64,000 nucleotides of DNA, taken from NCBI GenBank assembly GCA_964188305.1, contig OZ076885.1; one strand, 5' to 3'. Source of the stretch: Podarcis bocagei. Taxonomy: Eukaryota. Positions 1-11,367 of the stretch are shown here, piece after piece. The position numbers and the translations under genes are program-made. The notes under the pieces are model-generated. The model was not told where the DNA came from, searched no databases, and saw nothing but the letters and a program-made list of their open reading frames with translations. Position 1 is the stretch's first letter; the number at the start of each line of letters is the position of its first letter.

Positions 1-79
1 TCACCTGACACACATCCAGTATGTAAAAATGTATTTCCTACACCCGTTGGGGGAGATGGCTTGCTGCCAATATCCACTG

Positions 80-106
80 CAGCAGCAGCAGCAGCAGCAG
101 CAGCAG
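80..106 (+). repeat. (CAG)9 trinucleotide microsatellite
   Basis: Read directly; lies downstream of the BRSK2 3' end. Confidence 0.9.
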
Positions 107-734
107 CTGTTGCATATTACATGCCCTGAACAATTCCCTTTCCCACCACTCCCAGTGTAGCAATGGAGGTAATATGAAAAGACCCATAGCAAGTTCTGCA
201 ACTGTAATGTGATTTAAATTCCTCCTGGCTTTGTTATTTGTATGCTAGGTTTACATGCCAGCAAATCAGATGTTGGTCCGGCTGCTAACCTGCCCTTCCT
301 CAAGGCTCCAGGTAGCCTGTCTGTGAACACTTAAGCCTGCCTGTCCTTAAAAATGAATAAATAATATAAAACAGCACATCTCCCTTCCTTTTAAAAAATA
401 AAAATAAAAGAAACATATAGCAAAAATGCACTGGGGATAAGGGCAAGGAAAGTAGTTAATCAACTACCAACTACCTACAGCTGCCCTCTAGCTGCAAATT
501 GCAATATGTACTTGTGCCCCCCCCCCCCACTCCACCCTGAGCCAGCCAGACACTTCAGTTTGAAAGGTATGCTTGAATTTGATGAGGTGAGGCTAGTCAA
601 CTCTGCCTCCAGATCTACTAAGGGCTCCCACCTTAAATGTGGCCTTTAGTAAGGCATCGGCTTGGTACTTACCTGAACTATATCTTGCTCGAAGGTGCTC
701 CTCCAGTCACAGACGTAAACAAGACACACTGACA

Positions 735-3135
735 GCCAGTATCTTTACTGAATGAATTTATTGTTTTTTTGAACTAAAGTTGCTCACAGTTATTTAACAA
801 GGGATACATCAGAAGGTTCTTCTTTGTCCATTTTGACTGTTAAATAATGTCAGTTTGTGTGTCCACATGTGCGTGTGTGTTTGTGTCTTCAAAGTACAAA
901 ATAGGAAGGATAACAAGAGGTATTGCTTTCGTTTATTCTTATGTCTTGTGTAAATAATCCCCTTCCTGCTTGTACTGTATGGGTTTTGCTGTATTACTAT
1001 TATTATTAGTAGTAGTAGCATTTATTATTCTGTATTGAAATCCCAGCCTTTTGTAGAGGTACAATGTAACAGAAGCATCAAAATCTATACACAAGGGGAG
1101 ATAAAAGAGGGGAAAGGGGCCTGAGGGTGGTGGAAGGGAAGCCTGGGGGGGAGGGAAGCAGAAGGCGGAGGCAGAAAAGACAACAAAAGCAAAAGAGACT
1201 AATTTACATCAATATCATGCAATTAAAACTGCCCCCGAACCTCCCCTCCCTCCATCTCCAACCATCACCCTTCCTGTGTCCGACATGCACACAGCAATAC
1301 AAGATAAAATTTCCAGATTAGAAAACAAAGCAAAACAAAGGAACACCTTCCCACTTTTGTGTGTCTCTTAAAAAAAAAGGATTTCCCCCTTCAAACCTAT
1401 GTACAAGAAAAATGGGTCCAAGAAAGGGGGGTGGGGGTGGGGGTGGGGAGAATCCATGAACAACAAAGACAAATGAAATTAAAAAAACAAAGGGAAGGGA
1501 AATAAGAGTGAGGGAGAAATCTAACATTATCTTTAAAAAACCTTGCAATACAACATACACTCATAAAAACTCAACAAACAACAATTGAAGGTAATAAGAG
1601 AATTGAACACTAATACTAAAATCTACATTTAAAAGATATTGGTCAAGGAGATTTACTCCTGCTGTTTTCTTCTTCTTTTTTTGTCTTTGACACATATGAT
1701 CATGGTTTGGGAAACCTTTGCATGTGGGCCAGATTGAGTTACACTTGGTGATAGTTGGAGAGAGAAAAAAGACAGAAGCCAAACAAAAAATGGAATATTG
1801 GTGAGAGGATGAAGTTAAGTGGTCTTGTCATCATTCTTTTCCCCTCTCCCCAAAAATAAATAGGAATCAGTGTTACCTCTACACAGTAATGAAAGCAGAA
1901 GATTTATCTAACAGCTTAAATTTTTAAATATATATTTATATATATGCATTATAAATAATAACCAAGACCTAATAATAACTTAAACACACACAAGGAAGTT
2001 CCAGCCCACCCACCCACTTTTGAAAAAAAAATTATAAAAATATCTTGCAATACTTTTAGAAGTTTACAGTAGCTTTGTGGTTTTGTTTTTGTTTTTTAAC
2101 TCGCCCATAGTGCTATCTCCTCCATATCTTGCTCCGATGAACTACCAGTGGTTGTACACACACGCGCACCCACACAGGAAGGGGAAGTTTGTTTGTTTTT
2201 AACTCTCATTTCATGTTCTTCCTTTGCATTAAAATTAAATAAAAGAACAACAAACGCACGCAACCCAAATGAATAAATAATTAAATAAATTAAATAACAA
2301 ATAAATAAACGAAACCAGCAAATAAATAATACTGATATATCAATGCAGCACTAACGACACAATAGTTGCATCCAAATGCACGAGGCAGGAGAGAATTCAG
2401 CCGGCGGAAGGAAGTCCCAGTGCAGAAGGAAGGAAGGAACTGAGAGAGAGAGAGCAGGTTGAGGAGAGAAGCAGCAGCAGCAGCAACTTGACAGTGGTGG
2501 TGTAGGTGGCAAGAGTGCATGGCAGCAGCAGAGATTGTCCTCCAACAGGTGGATTCTTGTCCCTCCTCCTTGCTGCCGGAAGCTGCGTTCCCCCCTAAGT
2601 TTCAGTGTTCTTATTTGATTTGACTTCCATCTTGTAGTTTTTCCCTAAGTTTGTGTTCTGCCCCTCCAGCAGGCTGGGAGGGGGAAAAATTTGGAGATTA
2701 TAAAAACAAAAACACAATTGGAGGGGGCGGGTTGAAGGAGTTGGGTGGTATGGGAAAAGGATCTGGGGTGGTGAAATTTGAGGACAACTTTCCTGTGGTA
2801 AAGCTCCTTAACAAAACATCGCCTGAATATGTCGTAATACTGCCCTCCCGCAGTCTGGATTTGCCAATGGGGAAGTGTGCTGTCAAGGGCAACGACGTCA
2901 CTCCAGTGACTCCGACTGTGCAATTTTTATAACTGAGCAGTTCTCCAGCGCAGAGCACCGAAAAGAAAAAGTGTGTGTGGTAGGGCGAGGGAAAAGGAGG
3001 AGACCCATTTCCTGCAGTGGGAGAGGGGAGGCTGGGAGTCCCCAAACAGAACCAGTCCGTGGACAGTCTTACATCAGTGGCCTTCCGTGAACAAGTGTTC
3101 GCAGAGCACAGAAGGTGAAGCTGTTGGCTGACATG
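735..3135 (-). other. BRSK2: BRSK2 shared 3'UTR (U-rich on the transcribed strand)
   Basis: Lies between the GIIPKS stop and the distal poly(A) signal. Strong U/pyrimidine bias on the minus strand ends near position 740. Confidence 0.7.
757..762 (-). terminator. Polyadenylation signal AATAAA with downstream GU-rich element
   Basis: tttatt at 757-762 on the plus strand. About 25-60 nt downstream the minus strand reads ggctgtcagtgtgtcttgtttacgtctgtg. Weaker alternative hexamers at 932-937 and 1021-1026. Confidence 0.65.
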
Positions 3136-3155
3136 TTAACTTTTCGGGATAATTC
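3136..3155 (-). CDS. BRSK2: BRSK2 short terminal coding segment (G)IIPKS*
   Basis: Reads ctctgctaccag|GA ATT ATC CCG AAA AGT TAA. Matches the recalled short mammalian SAD-A C-terminus. Candidate CTGAC branch point at 3189-3185. Confidence 0.9.
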
Positions 3156-3684
3156 CTGGTAGCAGAGTGGAAACAAGCGGTGGTGTCAGAAACACAGAGA
3201 AAACAGAACAAGGACAAAACAGGGCAGGGCAGGGCAGCAAATCAGAAGGTGACTGGGGTGGGGGTAGGAAGTAAAAGAAAAGAGCTTGGAGAAGATAAAG
3301 AAACCAAAAAACAACAACCCAAGATTTGCCAAACTGGGTTTGTCATCTGTGCTACCTTTTCATTCTTTTCTCATTGCTTTTGTGTTTTGTTTCAGAGAGA
3401 TATATTATATCATATAAATATATATATATGTGTGTGTTTGTGTTTTATATATAATATATATATATATATATGTACACAGTCATTCCTTCATACAAAAGTT
3501 GTCTATAGACAGTTTTGTACTGTTGTAGCAATATATATACACATCCATCTGTTTTAGAGGCTAGCTTGCTAAAGAATACTCAGTCATTTTCGTTTGCGTC
3601 TCTCCGTGTGTGTGTGTGTGTGTTTAGTTATTTAAACTGTTTCTTTTTCCTTTTCCTCTTTTTTTATTTAAAAATTGCATTTAT

Positions 3685-3908
3685 TTAAGGTTGGTCTTGT
3701 AGGCCGAGTGACGAGGCCATCTTTGCCTTCTCTTTGCCAGCGGGGTACTTAGTGTCTCCTCTAGACCCATAGTCATTAGCATCGGAATCGCTCCGCTTGC
3801 TGTTTGCGCTATGCTTGGTTGGCGTGCCGGGGGGATGGCTCACCTGCCCGTTCTTCTCGTCTGAAAAAAGTTGTTTAATTACGTCAAAGAAGTTACTCAA
3901 TGGGCTGC
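3685..3908 (-). CDS. BRSK2: BRSK2 long terminal coding segment (G)SPLSNFFDVIKQLFSDEKNGQ...LQDQP*; internal alternative acceptor at 3860 gives (D)EKNGQ...
   Basis: Lies within ORF 3685..4149(-). Acceptor gtatacccag|GC; second acceptor cttttttcag|AC 48 nt downstream; TAA at 3687-3685. Confidence 0.94.
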
Positions 3909-6327
3909 CTGGGTATACAAAACAGAGGAGACAAAAAGAAAACAAAGAAAGCAAGAGAAAGAGAAAAGAGAGAGAGAGAGAGAAAAGAGAGAGAAAAAAG
4001 AGAACAAACAAACAAATGAACAATGGGGTTTTAAACGAGAAGAACGTGATGAGCGGTCCAGAGCCACGTGCATGGGTGTATGTGGAGGATGAAGACAATG
4101 AGCAGAAGAGGAAGAGCATCAGGATGGGAGCACTGAACTGCCTACGCATATGGAAAGCCTGGGGTCAAGAATGCCACACCTGGTGGTTGGAATCTTGCAC
4201 TGTATAGCAAAAAGCAGAACTTTTGCCTAGAAGGGCAACTGGCATGTCTGGAGAATGCCATGATGCTGGATAATACTGGGCCTACATGAAACTCCTCTGA
4301 AAAAATGTCCTGAGTGAAGGAATTCAAGAGTAATGCAAAACCACCAAAACTCTGATCCTAAGCATGCTCACTGGGAAGTCAGTTCTATTGCTTCCAATGG
4401 TGTTTTCTTCTAAGCACCTGTGATCAAGTATGTAATCTAAATTATGCCTCGAATCTTCAGTGATATCTCATTTGCCTGATCCGTAGCCACACATGTACTC
4501 TTATGATCACACACAGAGCTTCTGTATACACAAGCTGCTCCCTTAATTTAAAGGAGAAGAGAAGATTTGCTTGCACAAAGGAATTAATCTGCAAATCTAC
4601 TTTCTCTATTGAACTGAATGGGGGAACCTTTGTGGCCAGTAGAACTGTGTGTGAGCACAGGAGTTCAAGCACTTGTAAAAATACAACTCAGGATCTGTAT
4701 CTATGATTCCACTCTTCTCCATCATTCCATTTCTGTGTGATTTGTTCCAAACTTTAGGAATGCTCACTAAACTTTTTATGTCTATTTCTATCATCCATTG
4801 CACACCGATTATGCTACTTACATTAAGTACTTTAGCTTGCATGAATTTTAGCAGCAAAGGAGCATCCCCACCCCCCAAAAGCATGTGAACACTGCCATCA
4901 ACCTGTGTCAAATGTGCACAGGTAGCATCCCAATCTACAAAGTGTTCATATACCCCTGAACTACGTCTGCTGCTGTTTCCCTAAGGCAGGATTCCATACT
5001 CTAGCAGTAATGCCTAAATCCAGTAATCATATGCAACAGACAATTCATGTTTAACATTTCCACAGCAGCGCCATATGCCCCTGTGAGTCAAGGGCCCTGG
5101 ATTGTCAATCCCCTCCCTGTGCACTCTTCCACATTATCACTGAATTTAGGGACCAATCCAAACTTTGGAAGCCAACTGCTGGGCTTTGTCGAGTGGTGGG
5201 GCCACTGGCACTTCTGCAGCCCTGCCACACATGGCAGCCAGGGTAGAAGGTGAGAGTGAGGACCAGCACAATTGTGGTGCCAGCCTGGAGCTTATGCCTT
5301 GATCAGGACTGGATTGAGCCCAATGCCACTGTGCAACAGCAGTGGGACTGGTTCGGCAGGCAGTGAACCATGGGTCAACTCAGCCTCCCCCTGCTTCTCA
5401 AATGCTTGATTTGGGTGCATTTCTTTCTGGTTGCTGCCAGGGGGAATTCTGCTTGCAACATTCCCGCACATTTGGATGGTAGAAATGGAAGATACACAGC
5501 AGAGCTGTAATGCTTTAGTCACCCTAGTGGTGGCAGCAGACCTCAGTGGAGGGACAATCCAACACACTGCCCAGGCAACAGGGGTCTGCATTGTTCTGCC
5601 TGATGTTGCTTATTGTGGTGTGAGATCTGGCCCTAGGAGCCTATGAAACTTATTTAAAATAATAACTAAGATGCATCTTAGCCACCATATATCTCATGTG
5701 GCATCCAAAAGAGAGTTACTGCCTCTCTTGAAAATAAGATGAATTCTAGGAAACTACCTAAGATGCATAAGGCTAAATCTGACACAGTGTTAAGTGCATT
5801 TAAGCCCACTGATTCCAATGGGTTTATGGGTGCTTAACTCTGTGCTGAATTGTGACAAGAGCGTATAACAACAGTTGCTAGTTACTAGAAACCACTGATG
5901 AGTCCATGGGGAATGTAGATGCTGGAAGACTGACAATTCTGGGAACTTCTATTTTGTTTTAGTGAACAAAACGAAGGACTAGATATTGCCTAAGAGAACA
6001 CTGGATGCAACTGGACAAGTTTTCTGGGACTGATAATTTAAATAAATAAGTATGTCAGTACCCTGCAGTAAACAGAGAAACGAAAATGTTTTACCAAGAC
6101 TTGGGATTAATCTGAACAAGGGACCAGTTCAACTCAATCCAATTTTTCTCCCAGGGTATGTCCTGGAAAAGTTAACACCATTTACACCGCATCCTGGAGA
6201 AGTTCCTGGTGGGTTTGGTTGCAGTAAATCCACAGTGAAATCCTTGTTAAAATCTTGCTTCTAGCAATCTTTGTGTGACGTGTGAACAGACATACCAAGG
6301 ATCACTGTATGTGTTAGTCATGCATAA

Positions 6328-6420
6328 CAGCACAATCTGATACATGTCTACTCATGAGTAAACCCCACTGAGTTCAGTGGTGCTCATTCCTAAGAAAGTG
6401 GTTGTAGGATTGTAGCTTAA
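6328..6420. mobile_element. Short quasi-palindromic repeat family (caatcct...tactca...agtaa..ccactgagttca...ggattg); related copies at ~4355-4430, ~19358-19410, ~31152-31230, ~33590-33677
   Basis: Recurrent internal motif with inverted ends; family identity not determined. Confidence 0.5.
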
Positions 6421-6895
6421 GCAACCCAAACTGTTCTGTGAAGTGGCAGCCATGGCACTTAAGATCAAGTTCATTCTGGCTCAAATAGAGTCATTGTGTG
6501 TGTGTGTGTGAATGTAACCATTGTTTATTTGCAAATATTGATTATTTTAAATATCAGTAGATACAAAAATGGCCACCAATTGCACAATGGTTAGAACTGA
6601 AGTGACCAAACTAGAAGGCAATTCTCTCTCCACTTGCCCTATCCAGCTGGCAACTTGAGCAGAACAACACCAGCCACACTACCAGAAGGACCAATTGCAA
6701 GGGAAGTGTAACTTGGATACTCTTTACTTCTCATAAGACAGCCTTTCACACTTTTCACTTTCACAGAAAGCAGTCCCTTTCCTTAGGGCCAGTTGCCAGC
6801 AAACCATCAATATTAGTTTTCAATAGCAAAGACTTAGAAATCTCTGTTTTTAGCAGGCATTTATGTGCAGATCTTCCCCTGGTTTGTGAAAAAGC

Positions 6896-7042
6896 CAGTG
6901 GCGTAGCGTGGGGGGTGCAGGGTGGGCCGGCCACACCGGGCGCAACATCTGGGGGTTAGGGTTAGGGGACACAAATCCATGGGTTAGGGGGCGCAAATTA
7001 CTTGCCTTGCCCCGGGTGCTGACAACCCACGCTACGCCACTG
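6896..7042. mobile_element. 147-bp non-autonomous hAT-type DNA transposon (MITE)
   Basis: Perfect 17-bp TIRs CAGTGGCGTAGCGTGGG / CCCACGCTACGCCACTG. Exact 8-bp TSD GAAAAAGC at 6888-6895 and 7043-7050. Confidence 0.9.
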
Positions 7043-9763
7043 GAAAAAGCCACACACCCATTCGCTCTCCTGCATTCCGTCTACAACAACAAGGCTTACA
7101 CTGGCCATAATCCTTCACAAACCAAGTTAAGCACACACAAGACCATTGATTTCAGTGGTCTTCCGTTCACTTAACTCGGTGTTGCAGTCACAGAAATTAA
7201 GACATGGTTTGTGACTATATAGGCTATATAGGACTGATATAAAAAAGTACAGAGAAATAGTAGAAAGCAGAGCATCCTCCAGAGGTGCCATGATTAAGAA
7301 CAACTGAGACACAACTGCCCCACTGTTTCTCGCATGATGCTGGAGCAAAAGGAATAATGGAGAGATAAGATTTCCAGAATTTTGAAGGGAATCAAAAGTT
7401 TTATCTCCCTCAGATTTAAAGACATAACGAACCAAACCCTGAAATCTTGCACACACGCAAAATGATATGTATATGACACTTTGTTATATGCTCTGGTCCT
7501 CATGCTCACATGTAAACAGGCTTCTGGGTGTGATTGTGTTGTTATTTTGTAAATTCCGCCTCCTCTAACTTTTTAAAAATAGCAAATTTAGTCTTGCATA
7601 TTATACAACAGCTTCTTGTGTACACTTTGTCAAAATTTCCAGCTAGAATTACACACACACACAATAGATGTGTGTGTTAATTACTAATTTATAGCAGAAA
7701 CAAGTTTAAAGACACACATCCCTCTGCACTGATTCTCTGCAAAGTGTTTGTAAGGAATGAATATGGCAGAGTCTTGCTCCATAACAGCAAAAGAAGGCAG
7801 ACAGAGGTTGTTGTATGCTTAAAAAACAAGCAAACAACAAAAAACCCCTCACTACTTTCTGGAGGTAACTGAATATGTACTACTCAGCCTAATTTTGCAT
7901 TTTTCTGAAAAGTACCTGTTCCATGCAGCTGCTAGAGACAGCCACTGGAAGAATGGCGTAACTTCAGAAATAAATATGAAAACGGTAACAGCAATGGTAA
8001 AGTTGTGGTTGTACTTCTGCTATGCATGAAATGGTCGTGCTGGAGTAGTTTGTGAGATAAAATGACATTTCCTTGATCTTTTAAAAATTATTATTCCAAA
8101 CAAGTACAACATCTGACATACTGCACTGGATGGACTTAATATTAAATATTTTAGCAGGAATATTTACTATTCAAATTATTCCAGAGGTTGTTTTTTTTGG
8201 GGGGGGATATTGCTTTTACAGTTGCCTTACATACATCTCCTGCATTTTCCTAATTTGCCCTACAAATCTGTGACCCTCCAGATGATGTTGGGACTACAAT
8301 TCCCATGACCCATGACCATTTCTTTTTATTTTGCAAACTGCCTGGAGAATTGAACTGATGAGTGGCCATATACATTTAAATAAGAATACATGATAGTAAT
8401 AACGAGGAGCCATGCTGCCTGGGGATGATGGGAGCTGGGAACTCAGCAATAACAATAACTAGAGAGAGAAAGGTCCCCAAGCCCTCATCTACAGACGTCA
8501 CTAATCTCTGCTCAGCCTACATTACCAAGGTAGCAATTTACATCACTTGACAACACGCTAACCCAGCTGCCTGACAGAAGCCCATTCCCTGCTAGCAATT
8601 CCCCTAGCTCCTGTACATGTCTAAGGAGAAGACCATGCTGCTAGAGTCTTCATAATTTCTCTCTCTCCCAAACAGGTGGAGAGGTATTGATTATGCTTGG
8701 CTACATTTTTGTGACGTCAGTGCCATCTCCAAATAGATTTCAGCTTCTAGAATTACAATCTAATCTGTAAAGTTATACTCAAAGGAAATTATCTAGGTTT
8801 CTGAACTCTCAGAATGCAGTTGTATTATAAATCACCATCATCTCCACCCCCCATCATATCTTTATGGTGGTGATACACATCTATACAGAAACTTTGGGTC
8901 GCAAGGTAGAAAACAGACCTACATTGGCCACAATACTAATTCCCATTACAAAGGCCTCTCTTCTTCCATAGTCTTCTGCCTTACCAGTAATCAGACATTA
9001 GCACAAGAAGCTCAAGAGTCTTGTGAAATAGCATGAGAGAGATTTAAAGCTCATGTACGAACATGATCCTAGAAGAGAAAGAAGAAGCATGCAAGTTTCA
9101 CCCTGTGGTTAAGTTGGATTCTCACGTGGCTTTGGACCCCATGCCTTCACACGCTAAATGGAACCAGTAAACAAAAAGTGTGAAATAAAGCGCAAAAAAA
9201 GAGCTACAAGTGCTGCCGAGAAGGGTAAAAGAACGTGCATATGTTTTTGAACTATGAGCTGATCAATTTATTCAGGAAGATCAGAGGCAAAAGGAAGTGC
9301 AGAAAAAGCAGGCAGAAGAAAGGCAGAAGGAGAATGGATACTGAGCTGTTTTCACAGAGGAATATAGAAGACAACCAGGAACCAAGAACATCAGTACTAT
9401 TTATGTAAAAATGCAAAGCACTTGGCAAAATTCTTAAAGGAGATTTATAATTTTAATATTATGTATATTAATCTTAATACAGGGTCTATACTTGCCTAAT
9501 TCCCCTTTGCATTTTCAAACACCCTCAATCATCTGGGTTGCCCTTCTTTAAAATACAAAGAAGGCTGACCTTTGTCGCTACTATATTAATCAGAATTTTT
9601 AGATGGAATATCAATGGGGTCTACGGGAAATCTTTGTGAAAGTATTCCCGGGAGCTGAAAGTAGGAGAACCTGGGATTGATGTATTCAGCACTTTCATTT
9701 GTTTTTACCATGCCACCCATGTTGGGAATGAAATAAATGTCCTGTTAGTGGCAGGGCAGGGGC

Positions 9764-9764
<1 letters not shown>

Positions 9765-9800
<36 letters not shown>
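9765..9800. repeat. (GT)n microsatellite
   Basis: Read directly. Confidence 0.95.
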
Positions 9801-9802
<2 letters not shown>

Positions 9803-11200
9803 AGAGGGAATCAAACTGCTGGCCCTTGGACAATTTTTGTCTGCTGATTTGCAAACAACCAGGGGCCTGGTAATCACAAAATTGAAGGTTCCCATTCATT
9901 CTTTCCTTTAATGCATCAGTAGATGGGCTTTAATGAATAGCAAATTGTGTAAAAAAAGGGGGGGTTATTGCATGTATCCTTGAAGTTCTGTAGCAAAAGA
10001 TAACTCATGTTAAGTGTCAACAGTGCTTTTTTTCCTGGGGGGACACAGGGATACACATACCCTTAAACATTTTGTGAATCTAAGTTTGGCCGCATTAAGG
10101 GGGCAGTATTTCAATATGAGTAGGAAAACAAGAGTACCCCTAAATATATTTTTTATAAAAAAAAAGCACTGAGTGTCAACCACTGTAGTGCTGTTCAATG
10201 CAGTGGAAAAACTCAGCTTATAGGTATTTAGACTCATGTGACAAATTAGTCGTGCGTCAGTAGACTATGAGTGCAAGTCAATAAAGTTTTACTCAGAGGA
10301 GACTCAATGAAACGAACATGACTAAGTTAGGTCCATTCATTTCAATGGGTCCACTCTGGGTAAAACTCAGCTGGCTAACACTCTGTGCATGTGTTTTCCT
10401 TCTTCTACATTATAAGATCTTTGAAGCAACGCTTGTTTTCTGTTATGCACCCATAATCGTTGTCCGCAAGAGTACCGTATATTGTAGCTATGCTGGGGCT
10501 GGAACACATTAACAGAATGTGTTTGAATCCCCTTGCTTGAGGAGTTGTAGCCTATAAACCCAGCTTGGATTACTGGAAAGTCATTGAAATATCAGAATAT
10601 GTTCAGAGAGGAATGCACCCTCTTGAATAAGCTGGTCTGATAACACTAACCAACCTTCTGTATAGAAATGTATAAGGATAAGTAGTTCCAAAGAGCTGAC
10701 AACTTAAACAGCAGAGGATAAAAAGAATCATAGCTACAAGGATCAGTTTATGAGAAAACGGAAGTGATGGATGTTGCCTGAGTATCAGATAAGGAGGCAA
10801 ATACTTGGATACAACGGAAGTGCCAAAGTCCCAAGGAAGCAGATTAATACCAGCCAATTCATGAATGTAGCAGAGATGCTACTTAAGGCCACAAGGAAAG
10901 CACTGCAATCGAATGTAGACCAAAACAGAAGTTTCAAAGTATGAAAGAAGACAGTATCCAGATGGAGAGTGCAATAGACACTAGTTCTAAATATAGTCAC
11001 CATTTGTTAGGAAGCTATTGTGACACATGAAGTTCAATGTTGCAGGCAACTTTGCCAAAGAAGCCAACATATTCTCTTTTGCTTCGGTCAAGTAAGAGAA
11101 ATGATGCGCTTTTGATGCCATATACATGGATATATCAAGAGAAAAGATGGTGATGTTATTCAAATTTTGTTTGAAAGTTGATGATGTTAGAAACTTGAAT

Positions 11201-11367
11201 GGGAAGGATAATGGCTCAGTGGCAGAACAACTCCTTTGCATTCAGAAGGTCCCACATTTGATCTTCAAGGAGATTCCTGTTTGAAACCCTGGAGGCCTGC
11301 TGCCAATCAGCATAGACAATACTGAGCGGATAGACCAATGGCCTGACTCAGTATAGGGCAATTTTCT
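11201..11367 (+). mobile_element. tRNA-derived squamate SINE (Squam3-like), degenerate
   Basis: A-box-like head tggctcagtggcaga...cagaaggtccca. Tail ctgccaatcagcatagacaatactgagc...gactcagtatagggca matches the recalled consensus. Confidence 0.7.

Noticed and set aside
1-420. Plus-strand AATAAA hexamers and a poly-Cys/poly-Gln-like ORF as a possible end of a convergent neighbour gene (MOB2 in mammals)
   Set aside because: No coding exon of a neighbour is visible. The ORF is a CAG microsatellite artefact and the hexamers lie in A-rich sequence.
780-2490. miRNA seed matches in the 3'UTR (e.g. ACTGTGA 790-784, AGCAATA 927-921, TGCTGCT ~2470-2485)
   Set aside because: 7-mers are expected by chance in 2.4 kb and need conservation data.
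3797-4207. 136-aa plus-strand ORF with KERE repeats, and the hydrophobic N-terminal part of ORF 3685..4149
   Set aside because: Both are translations of the GA/CT-rich polypyrimidine tract, not protein.
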